A stretch of 64,000 nt of DNA from Squalus acanthias. Taxonomy: Eukaryota. This document shows, in pieces, positions 24,487-36,103 of the stretch. The notes below the pieces were generated by a model. The model saw only the letters and a list, made by a program, of their open reading frames with translations. It did no database searches and was not told the DNA's origin. Position 1 is the stretch's first letter, and each line of letters starts with the position of its first letter. The DNA is taken from NCBI GenBank assembly GCA_030390025.1, contig CM059433.1, forward strand, positions 496,001 to 560,000, in the 5' to 3' direction. Both the position numbers and the translations under genes were made by a program.

Positions 24487-25621
24487 CACTTCCTTGTTGT
24501 CGACTACCACCATCCATCTCATGGGTCGCCCGCACTTCACTGCTAGCAAGTAGCTGGAGAGCACCTTGCTGCACGTCAGTGGGGCCATGAGGACCCGTCT
24601 CTGTACTGACAGACCTCATAACGGGGACGTCCATGTACCTCTGGTTCCTTTCCTCAATAGATGCCCATCTATCCTCCATAGCTGACCATCTATTTAGAAG
24701 TGTTACCATGTTCTCTTGAATCTGGCGATTATGACCTCCATGGAGGTTGCCATCCTTTCCATGGCGGTACCTACATTCGCCAATGTGTGCACCACGGCAT
24801 TGCTCATGTTTAACATGAACTCCTCCATTCTCTGGACACTCACAGTTACCGTGGTTGCAAACCCAGTCAGAGCCTCCTGCACTTGTTCCTGAAGCTCCAG
24901 CACCGCTCTCTTTCTGGATGGCCCCAGAGGCACAGCTTCGACATGCAGCTGAGCAGAGTCAGGAGCATCCTGCGGCCTCCGACAAGGACTCTCCACTGCT
25001 GTCCCTGTCTCCACCATCTGCTCATGCTCACTTGTGAGCTGTGATACACCAGGTGACTACTCTATCTCGCAGACTACAGGTGTGTGTCTCTGCGCTGGTG
25101 CTGGGTGTGCTCATTTCTGCTGATGTTGCTCCCTCAGAGGCTGCAGGTTCCTCTGAGGAGTCCTCTGGCTCTTCCTCATGGACAGTGGGGAGGGGGACTT
25201 CCGATGGTCCTGTGGGGGAATAAAGGCATGAGTTAGACATTTAGGTAGCAGACACATCCCATTGTGCAGATAATCATAACTCAATTTCTCTGAGCATCAG
25301 ATGCCGTATCAGTCACTCATGAAAGCAAAATGATAGGGTTGCAAATCAATTCTGTCACCAGCTTGCTGTACTGTGCCCGTCTCTCCGTCCCCCACTTCCA
25401 GCTCCTCTGCACCTCAGACGATCTCAAGAGCTGCCTCCTCGGCGTTCGTTATATGCGCCAGGGATGGTGGGCCTCCTCCTGTCCTCCCTCTTTCCCTCTT
25501 ATTGTGGGGTCTCTTTTCCTGCAAGGTGGGACACAAGTGGAGTTTCAGCGAGATTGATGGAGTGAGTGTAAAGAATGGATAACATAAATGTTTAGAGGGA
25601 GACAAAGATGGAGTGAGGTGC

Positions 25622-27190
25622 CATAAGAACATAAGAAGCAGCAGTAGGCCAATCGGCCCCTCGAGCCTGCTCCGCCATTCAATAAGATCATGGCTGATCC
25701 AATCTTGGCCTCAACACCACTTTCCCGCTCTCTCCCCATATCCCTTGACTCCCTTGTAGTTCAAATGTCTGTCAATCTCCGCCTTGAATATATTCAATGA
25801 CTCCGCCTCCACAGCTCTCTGGGGTAGAGAATTCCAAAGATTCACGAACTTCTGAGAGAAGAAATTCCTCCTCATCTCCGTCTTAAATGGGCGACCCCTT
25901 ATTCTGAAACTATGCCCCCTAGTTCTAGATACCCCCACTAGGGGAAACATCCTCTCAGCATCCACCCTGTCAATCCCCCTCAGAATCTTATGTTTCAATA
26001 CGATCACCTCATTCTTCTAAACTCCAATGAGTAAATGCCCAACCTGCTCAACCTTTCGTCGTACGTCAACCCCTTCATCCCAGGAATCAACCTAGTGAAC
26101 CTTCTCTGCACTGCCTCCAATGCAAGTATATTCTTCCTTAAATATGGAGACCAAAACTGTACGCAGTACTCCAGGTGCGGTCTCACCAGCGCCCTGTAAA
26201 GTTGCATCAAAACTTCCCTACTTTTATATGCCATACCCCTTGCAATAAAGGCCAACATTCCATTAGCCTTCCTAATTACTTGCTGTACCTGCATGCTAAC
26301 TTTTTGTGTTTCATGTACTAGGACCCCCAGATCCCTTTGCACCACAGCATTTTGTAGTCTCACTCTATTTAAATAATAATTTGCTTTTTCATTCTTCCTT
26401 CCAAAGTGGATAACCTCACATTTTCCCAAATTATACTCCATCTGCCAAATTTTTGCCCACTCACTTAACCTATCTCTATCCCTTTGCAGACTCTGTGTGT
26501 CCTCCTCACAACTTGCTAACCCACCTATCTTTGTATCATCAGCAAATTTGGCTACAGTACACTCGGTCGGTCCCTTCATCCAAGTCATTAATATAGATTG
26601 TAAATAGTTGAGGCCCCAGCACTGATCCCTGTGGCACCCCACTAGTTACTGATTGCCAGCCCGAAAATGACCCATTTATCCCGACTCTCTGTTTTCTGTT
26701 AGTTAGCCAATCCCCTATCCATGCCAATATATTACCCCCAACCCTGTGCGCTCTTATCTTGTGCAGTAACCTTTTATGTGGCACCTTATCGAATGCCTTC
26801 TGGAAATCCAAATACACTACATCTACTGGTTCCCCTTTATCCACCCTGTTTGTTACATCCTCAAAGAACTCTAGCAAATTTGTCAAACACGATTTTCCAT
26901 GTCATAAAACCATGATGACTCTGCTTGATTGTCTTATGATTTTCTAAATGTCCTGCTATTACCTCCTTAATAATGGATTCCAGCATTTTCCCAATGACAG
27001 ATGTTAGGCTAACTGGCCTACAGTTTCCTGCTTTCTGTCTCCCTCCTTTCTTGAATAGTGGCGTTACATTTGCGGTTTTCCAATCCGCTGGGACCTCTCC
27101 AGAATCCAGGGAATTTTGGTAGATTACAACCAACGCATCCACTATCTCTGCAGCCACTTCTTTTAAGACTCTAGCATGCAAGCCATCAGG
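25622..27190 (-). mobile_element. 5'-truncated CR1 in Myb-gene intron 1
   Basis: RT ORF pieces 26004-27190; cataagaacataagaa tail. Confidence 0.95.
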
Positions 27191-27191
27191 T

Positions 27192-27660
27192 ACATAGAAA
27201 CATAGTAAAATAGGAGCAGGAGTAGGCCCTTCGAGCCTGCTCCACCATTCAATATGATCATGGCTGATCCTCCATCTCACTACCATATTCCCGCTCTCTC
27301 CCCATACCCCTTGATACCTTTTGTGTCTAGAAATCTATCGGTATCTCCTTCTTAAATATATTCAGTGACTTGGCCTCCAAAGCCTTCTGTGGTAGAGAAT
27401 TCCACAGGTTCACCACCCTTTGAGTGAAGAAATTTATCTTCATCTCGGTCCTAAATGTCCTACCCCGTATCCTGAGACTGTGACCCCTGGTTCTAGACCC
27501 CCCAGCCAGGGGAAACATCCTCCCTGCATCCAGTCTGTCTAGCCCTGTCAGAATTTTATACATTTCAATGAGATCCCCTCTCATTCTTCTAAACTCTAGT
27601 GAATACAGGCCTAGTCTGGAAATCTATCTCTCTCCTTCTTAAATATATTCAGTGACTTCA
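27192..27660 (-). mobile_element. CR1 3' end fragment with short internal duplication
   Basis: RGDLIEMYKIL...; 27620-27658 re-copies about 27330-27371. Confidence 0.88.
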
Positions 27661-27696
27661 GACACTATGAGATCATTAATTAACCCTGTCTCATTA

Positions 27697-29229
27697 GAGA
27701 TAGTAGATGCATTGCTGGTCATCTTCCAAAATTCTATAGACTCTGGAACAGTTCCCATGGATTGGAAGGTAGCTAATGTAACCCCACTATTTAAAAAAGG
27801 TGGTAGAGAGAAAATGGGGAATTATAGACTGGTAAGCCTGACATCGGTAGTGGGGAAAATGCTAGAGTCCATCATAAAAGATGTAATAGCAGAGCACTTG
27901 GAAAACAGTGACAGGATCGGACAAAGTCAACATGGATTTACAAAAGGTAAATCATTCTTGACTAATCTACTGGAATTTTTTTCAGGATGTAACTGGTAGA
28001 ATAGATAAGGGAGAACCAGTGGATGTGGTGTATTTGGACTTTCAGAAGGCTTTTGATAAGGTCTCGCATAAGAGATTAGCGTGCAAAGTTGAAGCACATG
28101 GGATTGGGGGTAAGGTACTGACTTGGATAGAAAACTGGTTGGCAGACAGGAAGCAAAGAGTTGGAATAAACAGGTCTTTTTCCGAGTGGCAGGCAGTGAC
28201 TAGTGGGGTACCACAGGGATCGGTGCTAGGACCCCAGTTATTCACAATATATATTAATGATCTAGACGAGGGAACTAGATGTAATATCTCCAAGTTTGCA
28301 GACGACACAAAGCTGGGTGGGCGTGTGTGCTGTGAGGAGGATGCAGAGAAACTCCAGTATGATTTGGACAGGTTGGGTGATTGGGCAGATGCATGGCAGA
28401 TGCAGTATAATGTGGATAAATGCGCGGTTATACACTTTGGTGGCAAAAACAGGAAGACAGATTATTATCTGAACAGCAATAGATTGGGAAAAGGGGAAGT
28501 GCAACGAGATCTGGGTGTCCTTGTGCACCAGTCGCTGAAGGTAAGCATGCAGGTGCACCAGGCGGTTAAGAAGGCAAATGGTATGTTGGCCTTCATAGCG
28601 AGAGGATTCGAGTACAGGAGCAAGGATGTCTTGCTGCAGTTGTACAGGGCCTTGATGAGACCACACCTTGAGTATTGTGTGCAGTTTTGGTCGCCTTATC
28701 TGAGGAAGGATGTTCTTGCCATGGAGGGAGTGCAGCGAAGATTCACCAGACTGATACCTGGGATGGCAGGAATGACGTATGAAGAGAGATTGGGTCGATT
28801 AGGCTTATATTCGCTAGAGTTTCGAAGAATGAGAGGGGATCTCATTGAAACTTATAAAATTCTAACAGGACTAGACAGACTAGATGCAGGAAGGCTGTTC
28901 CCGATGGCGGGGGGAGTCCAGAACCAGGGGTCACAGTCTAAGGATAAGGGGTAAGCCATTTAGGACTGAGATGAGGAGGAATTTCTTCGCCCAGCGAGTG
29001 GTGAACCTGTGGAATTCTCTACCACAGAAGGCAGTTGAGGCCAATTCATTAAATATATTCAAGAAGGAGTTAGATATATTTATTAAGGCTAAGGGGATCA
29101 AGGGATATGGGGAGAAAGCAGGGACAGGGTACTGAATTTGGATGATCAGCCATGATCGCATTGAATGGCGGAGCAGGCGCGAGGGGCCGAATGTCCTACT
29201 CCTGCTCCTATCTTCTATGTTTCTATGTT
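27697..29229 (+). mobile_element. 5'-truncated young CR1 with TSD tcatta
   Basis: ORFs 27697-27999 and 28019-28954; tcatta at 27691-27696 and 29230-29235; inserted in a small antisense CR1 EN fragment. Confidence 0.95.
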
Positions 29230-29480
29230 TCATTACACACCAGATCTAAAATAGCCTGCTCCCTGATTGGTTTCTCAACGTATTGCTCTAAGAAACCATC
29301 CAAGGTCCCTCCCTGTGCGTTGTTGGTTGTTGTCATTGCATAACAGTGAGGTCGAGTGTGAGGGGTGCATAGTAGGATGGTGAAGTGATTCTGTACATAG
29401 AGAGAGAGGGATGGGTGAGGGTGCAAGGAATGTTAGGGTGAGTTGGGATGTGCAGGAGTAGGTTGCCAATGCAGAGTGAT

Positions 29481-30343
29481 TTTTAAAAAAAATTATTCGT
29501 TTTTGGGATGCGGGCATCGCTGGCAAGGCCAGCATTTATTGCCCATCCCTGATTGCCCTTGAGAAGGTGGTGGTGAGCTGCCTTCTTGAACCGCTGCAGT
29601 CCGTGTGGTAAATTCCACAGTGCTGTTAGGTGAGGAGTTCCAGGATTTTGACCCAGCGACGATGAAGGATCGGCGATATACGTCTAAGTCAGGATGGTGT
29701 GTGACTTGGAGGGGAACGTGGAGGTGGTGGTGTTCCCATGCGCCTGCTGCCCTTGTCCTTCTAGGTGGAAGAGGTTGCGGGTTTGGGAGTTGCTGCAGTA
29801 CATCTTGTAGATGGTACACACTGCAGCCATGGTACGCCGGTGGTGGAGGGAGTGAATGTTTAAGGTGGTGGATGGGGTGCCAATCAAACGGGCTGCTTTG
29901 TCCTGGATGGTGTCGAGCTTCTTAAGTGTTGTTGGAGCTACACTCATCCAGGCAAGTGGAGAGTATTCCATCACACTCCTTACTTGTGCCTTGTAGATGG
30001 CGGAAAGGCTTTGGGGAGTCAGGAGGTGAGACACTCGCTGCAGAATACCCAGTCTCTGACCTGCTCTTGTTGCCACCGTATTTATGTGGCTGGTCCAGTT
30101 AAGTTTCTGGTCAATGGTAACCCCCCCAGGATGTTGATGGTGGGGGATTCGGTGATGGTAATGCCGTTAAATGTCAAGGGGAGGTGGTTAGACTCTTGCT
30201 TGTTGGAGATAGTCATTGCCTGGCTCTTCTGTGGCGCGAATGTTACCTGCCACTTATCAGCCCAAGCCTGAACGTTGTCCAGGTCTTGTTGCATGTGGGC
30301 ATGGACTGCCTCATTATCTGAGTTGTGAATGGCGCTGAACAAC
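29481..30343 (-). mobile_element. LINE family B (CR1/L2 group) 3' part, TSD gagtgat
   Basis: QQDLDNVQAWADKWQVTF...IYKAQVRSVMEY; gagtgat at 29474-29480 and 30344-30350. Confidence 0.9.
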
Positions 30344-31455
30344 GAGTGATGGGGATGAGAAGAGATGGGAAGCAGATTAAAGGTAAGTGTGATGTTAAAG
30401 TCACTTTTGCTGAGCGCATCAGATCATTGAACCTTTTTCTGCACTTCACCCAGATGCATGAGCACACAGACCTTGCACTTACCTCCTCAGCAATTTGTAG
30501 CCAGGCTGCCTTTGTGTGCTGAGGAGGCTTCCTCCGTCCATCGGAGGGGAAGAGGACCTCCTTTCTTCTTCTTACTCCCTCCACAAGAGCATGGAGGGTG
30601 GAGTCATCAAAACATGAAGCAGCCTTGGACCGTTGAGCTGCCATGCCTGCAGCAACCAGCATTCGAAAGCAGAAGAAAGCAAGTGAAAATCAAAGGGGAC
30701 ATGGCCCCCTTAAATATCCAGGCTCCTAGCGTGTCATCAAGCGCGAGCAGCCGACCCGCACCCACCGATTGGGCCGGCTAGTGCGCACGTCGGCCTTAAT
30801 GAGGCCAATCTAGGGAAAATCCTTAATGGAGAGCGGCTGCAACCGGGAGCGGGACCGGAACCCGCAGAAGAGCGAACCCGCCACCATCCCGCCTCCGGGC
30901 AGAAGATGCCCTCTGTTTCTGGCACCATCCTTGTAAATCTTTTTTGCACTTTCTGCAGTGCTTCTATGTCCTTTTTATAACATGGAGAACAGAATTGTGC
31001 ACAGTACTCTAAGTGTGGCCTGACCAGGGTCCTGTACAAGTTTAACATAACTTCAATACTTTTGAATTCTGTACCTCTAGAATTAAATCTCAGTGCTTTG
31101 TTAGCATTTTTAATTGCTTTGCTGACCTGCAATGCTGCTTTTAATGATTTGTTCACCTGTATCCTTAGATCCCTTTGCTCTTCTATCCCATTCAGTTTCT
31201 TATTTTCTAACATGTAGGTGCTGTTTCTATTTTTCCTACCAAAGTGCATCACCTCACATTTATCTCTGTTAAAGTTCATTTGCCACTTACCTGCCCATTC
31301 TGCAAGTTTTCTAATATCTTCTTGTATTATGTTGCATTCTACCTCCGTGTTAGCTATACCCCTCCGTTTGGTATCATCTGCAAATTTTGATATTGATTTG
31401 CTTGTTCCTAAAGTCCAAATCATTAATGTAATTTATGAATAACAGTGGTCCCAGC

Positions 31456-31590
31456 CAATGTTCCCTTTAATTTTTTTGGGGGTGCGCGGACAATTCAAAT
31501 TTCCACGCATGCAAGTTTTTTTTCATTTAAAAGCCGGTGAGCCGGCTGCGCGGGACCTCCAGACGGCTGCGCAGCTTAACGGAAACACTG
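31456..31590. mobile_element. Short hAT-like MITE (135 bp)
   Basis: TIRs caatgttccctttaa / ttaacggaaacactg; no TSD visible. Confidence 0.55.
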
Positions 31591-31689
31591 TGGAAAATTG
31601 CTTTCTACCTTCCTTTAATCTGAATAACTACCCTTTATTACAATGTAAAGGAAGGATTGGGGGGGAGCAGAGGTTAGTGGTGATTAATG

Positions 31690-31950
31690 GCACAGGAAGT
31701 ATATCACATTTTGTAATACTCAGCCATACAGATCAAGAAGGTGCCAAAGTGTGGTCATTGTGCTGAGTTTATGGATCACGGCTTCACCACTGATGGGGAC
31801 ATTACAATTAACCTTGTGGTTCCTGGGCTATGGAGGAGATTAATCATCCAATGTTTGAATTCCTGTTCGCTACCCAGTGTACACATGGAGTGTGACAGGA
31901 TTGGGCTCGGCTGGATTTATAGCTTGCCGACGATCATCGAGCTGAAAGCT
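31690..31950 (+). mobile_element. AmnSINE2-like SINE, degraded
   Basis: agccatacagatcaagaagg...gtgctgagtt...gacaggattgggctcggctg; matches other copies in the window. Confidence 0.55.
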
Positions 31951-33529
31951 GATGAAATTCGTCTGGTGAAGGTAGAGAAACTCAAATGGCAGCCAGAGCT
32001 TGGGTTTCTACTTGTGACTCTTTTAATTGGCAGTCTAATACTATCACCAGTGCTGCTGATCTGCCCCCTGATCTTCAGTTCTTCGTGCTGGTTGTGTGGG
32101 CCACATAATAATGACTTCTGTCACTGCCATTTGGCACTCTTTAATTATTATTGGCTCAGGCATCACTGCATCAGAGCCCAGAGTACTTTGGTCAACAGGA
32201 AAACACATTTTGAAAGTAAATTAAAGAGCAACACACTATCACCAGTGTGATATCCTGCAGTACTATATACTTTCATAACTTTAAAAGTATGTGCGTACTC
32301 AGTTTAAAAAATATATATATTGGGTACAACAACCAAAAATTCACAGCAGCAAACTAAAATGAGAATTTAAGTGACATATCTAAAACTAATGGGAGTTATT
32401 TACACTATGTACTGTTTTTGAAATCCAGGAGATAATCATTTTACTTAGTTCCACAATTCTGTTCACACCTGTGAATAATGATTCAATAAAGGTACAGTAC
32501 ATGTCACATGACGAAGTAGTCTGTTATTTTCAAATGCCAACATTTATGCATGTTGCACTCAATTTGGAATGCATCCTCAGGATGGAATTCTTTAAACTAC
32601 ATAATGCTCATAAAATTGGTGTGGTTTCTGTGCACATTGAGCTACAGTTCATGTTAGACTGAAGTAATGAAAGAATTGTCCTTTAGGATATGCCTGTAAT
32701 TAGTCCTACTGAGCAACCAGCTCTTCTGAAGGACTCTTCAGTTTGATCTATGTAAGGGTGCCGTTGTGTTTGGAACTCTATTCACTTCAAAAGTCAAACG
32801 ATATCTTTAAAATATAAGTTTTTTAAATTACGCCATGTTACTCTATAACTGAGTTGCAGGAAAATAAAATTTCCTAATGGAAGTGTTCATAAATCACAAA
32901 AGGTCTGTGCATTTTGCACAATTGCACAGGGTGCTGTTGAAAATTCCCTCAGCTGGGATTAACTGAGTAAAGTTAATCATTTGTTTTTTTTATTTGCAGA
33001 TTTCAGCCAGAGTGTTATTTGGATTTTAGCTGCTTTTAGAAGTCCTTCACCGACTAGTCAAAAGGTAAAATCCATTTTGTAGGTGACGGTTGTCTCTGGT
33101 TTGGACAGTTGATTTTTACTTCTTCATTTTACAGGGCGATAGCAGTTTTTATTTTTAACTAACGTTTACTGATTATAAAATGATGGTCCACGAATCTCAA
33201 TGCCTGGGACTTAAATTTATATTTGTGCAAAATTGCACAGCTATCTGAACTTCATTAATTTGAAACTGCACACAAGTTTCACTGCATTCTAAAAACAGCC
33301 TGTTTCCATTTAAGGGTGTTGCTAATTTTATAGTTTCATACACATAACAAGAGAATACATTTTAGTAGATAATACAAAAAAATTAGAAAGTGCATGTTTC
33401 AGTGCTAAGGCTATTTGTTTAGAGTATGCTATTTATACTGCTACAAATATAGAATATTCTAAAGTAATTTTATAATCTTTTTTCTTTTTAATCAAAATTA
33501 AGTTTTACGTATGAATGAAAATAAAGCTC

Positions 33530-33770
33530 TAGTATTGTAGAGATGAACATAGAATGCTGTTGTGGAGAGTAACAATGTAGAGTAATACTAATTATAGAAA
33601 GTAATGTTTATATTGGTGTTACTCTACATTATTGCAGAGAGTAATGTTATTGTAGTGAGTAGAGGATAACACTAATATTATAATGAGCAGAGTGTAACAG
33701 TAATGTTGAAGAGCTTAACTAATATTGTGGAAAGTAGCACTGTAATAATTTGGAGAGTATGTTAATTGGT
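33530..33770. repeat. Degenerate minisatellite
   Basis: Recurrent tattgtagagagtaa-like units. Confidence 0.5.
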
Positions 33771-35149
33771 CTGTTATGTTCATGATTAACATAGACCAGT
33801 GCTGGGTTCTGGTGTGTGGTGTCACTTGTTTAGTAGGGACCAACCAGATCTCAGAATTGGTCCATGCTAACTACATAACACAACAGGCCTATTAAAAGCC
33901 CACAAAACTATACAAAGCAGCCAAGTTGGACTATGTGTCTTCAAGTTATTTCTTAATGCAAACCAATTAAATAAAGCAAGGAGTTTGCTGACAAAAATAG
34001 TGAGGAGTACATTGTAGGTCTAATTGAATTGCTTACTAGCTTAATTTCCAAGTGCATAGTTGAGGAAAGCAAACAGAAAGCAGTGCCGAATAGTAATTTG
34101 GCCAGATGTGCAAATATACAGCGAATCAAATCATGAGACAGCTGTGAAATGGAGAGAAGGAGTTATATAAATTAAAGTATCATTGAAGTGGGATAAGTAT
34201 TGTGCGCATCAGCACAAGATAAGACAGCAGGAGAAAAAAAGATTGAGACAGAGAGATTAAACTGGTGTAGAGCAAGGACTCCACTCCTGATTATACCCAC
34301 TAGTATTAGTGGAAAGAGGCAAGAGGCCAATCTATATAAATCCATGAGCAGTGCCATGGGCGATTAGTAATAGCAGTTATAAATGTCTAAGAAGGATTCA
34401 GACAGCAAATCCACATATTAAATCAAAATGGCCCACATTTTTCCTGAATTATAGGAATATAAATTAATTGGGGGGAATTTAAGCTTTGATGAGAATTGGA
34501 GAGAATTGTAGCTTTGGCAAACATTAATTATCCAGTGAGCAGGCTGTAACTGTGATGCACTTAATATATAAGTGCAGTAGACCGTGTAAAAGTCCAAGCG
34601 TTTCAAATGGATTCAGTGAGGCAGATGATTGTTGTACAACAGGTGTGTTTTTTGCTAAAATTGTGTCTCCATTATTTTGGCTCTATTAAACTATAGTGTA
34701 GAACTCTCCTCAAACGATCCTTACTCAAACACATGGCCTGCTACTTGCCGAATCGATCAGTCATGAATGTTTTTGTTTTATTTTTCTAAACTTTTTTTTA
34801 CACTGTGCAAGCAACTGCTTCTACTGCAAACAAAAATTGAGCTTCTTCACCAAAAGCCAGTTAAGAGCCAGTTACTAAACATGATCGGCAACATGACTGA
34901 GTGTTTACCATTTTTTAATTCTATGCAAAAATACACGATTAGGTTGAAGAAATTTTGTTTGGCAGAAATAGCTGATGTAGAAAAAGGGCAAAACATAGCT
35001 TATAAAAATGCCCAGCACACAATACATGATGTAAAGTTGATTGGAACACATTTCTAGTGAAGTATCCGGGAGGCGTATAAAAATAATAATGTGTTTTTCT
35101 CTCTCTCTCATGCGTGTGTATGTGTGTTCATCAAGGTGAGGCATGTCAG

Positions 35150-35943
35150 CACTGTGTTTTCCTACTGTCAGCATCAAGTACCGCCGGGTCAAGTATATAG
35201 CACAAATTACAATTAGAACAAAGTTTTCATCTATTCTGTGTTAACTGTGCTATAGCCCCAATATCAGAAGCGTATCTACTACTGCCCCAAGTCCATCCTG
35301 TGACCTTTGAGTGAGATTGACAAATTTGCACCAATTTGTGCTGTGGGACCACACTCACTAGAAGCTGGGTTGAGACTGGCCAAAATGATTTTTTTTCTAT
35401 TCTCCTCTGTCCACAGAATTTTTTTCTCCTTTTTCCTCCTCCTTCCTAGGGTATTCTCTTCTTGATGAGATATAGTTCCAAAGGCAGTAGACGCCCGCTA
35501 GTATTATCCAGATCAGCATTCTTCTTGTGAACCTAAACGGTGGATGTTAGCAGGCTAGTCGACCCCAGGAGTATCATGGCCGAACCCAAATCTTGTCCTC
35601 ACCCAAAGTCCACATTTCCTGCCCGTGTCTTTGGACAACAATCAAGAATGGGAACCGTGGCAATTTTCCCCCAATCCCATTTCCTACCCCAAGGACATAG
35701 AAGACGATTACTGGACTCCTGCTGACGTTACCTAATTCAGTGCAAATCCGTGATTTGAATCTAGTTCCTTTCTGCTCTGTATGGTTCAAGTACTCACTGT
35801 CTTAACCAGCTGAATAATATAGCATCCTTGCAGCCATCAGAGAGAGGAGAGGGACTTCAATTCCATTAGCTTAGGCTGAATTTGGACCCAGGTCATGGAA
35901 ATGGAAAATATATTATGCAAACCTACACTGCCACCCAGTCCCC
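35150..35943 (-). mobile_element. LF-SINE-like SINE interrupted by an AmnSINE2-like copy (about 35400-35825)
   Basis: Minus strand starts ggggactgggtggc...gggtccaaattcagcc...ctgatggctg and resumes gtctcaacccagcttctagtg...ttgtcaatctcactcaaaggtcacagga, colinear with the recalled LF-SINE consensus. Confidence 0.6.
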
Positions 35944-36074
35944 AAATTGGGTTATGATTTCTTGGGAAACATTAATGACATTCTTCAAATCAGAGGAGTG
36001 TACAAAACATTTCCATATTTAGATATGCATGCTTTAAAAATGAACATTTGAAAAAGGGTTGTTTCCGTCTGGTG

Positions 36075-36103
36075 ATTTTATTTATTTATTTATTATTTAT
36101 TTA
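36075..36103. repeat. (TTTA)n microsatellite
   Basis: Direct reading. Confidence 0.85.

Larger units (their letters stand above)
24487..30662 (-). pseudogene. Harbinger Myb/SANT-like DNA-binding protein gene, 3 exons (30662-30405, 25518-25359, 25209 to about 24487)
   Basis: Exon 1 FDDSTLHALVEGVRRRKEVLF...AWLQIAEEV...CRKRFNDLMRSAK|gtgact; exon 2 ttgcag|EKRPHNKRERGRTGGGPP...|gtgaca; exon 3 cccacag|(G)PSEVP; phases are compatible; in-frame stop in exon 2. Confidence 0.85.
23613..30911. mobile_element. Two-gene PIF/Harbinger transposon with internal deletion and nested LINEs
   Basis: Degenerate TIRs ggctgcgattttgcc / ggcagaagatgccc; tct (within shared ctctg) on both flanks; convergent transposase and Myb/SANT genes. 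Confidence 0.85.
23270..31455 (-). mobile_element. Old CR1 fragment split by the Harbinger (pieces 23270-23612 and 30912-31455)
   Basis: ...tttcctgatagctgtactctct joins gtttctggcaccatccttgtaaatc to restore contiguous CR1 (RFTRMVPET...). Confidence 0.8.

Noticed and set aside
30737..31423. 228-aa ORF as a novel RT fusion
   Set aside because: Chance read-through from old CR1 RT into the Harbinger terminus.
31741..32250. 169-aa ORF with hydrophobic stretch
   Set aside because: Starts inside a degraded SINE, non-ATG start, no recognisable domain.
33920..34560. Possible very old CR1 endonuclease remnant
   Set aside because: Only faint motif resemblance; cannot be supported without alignment.
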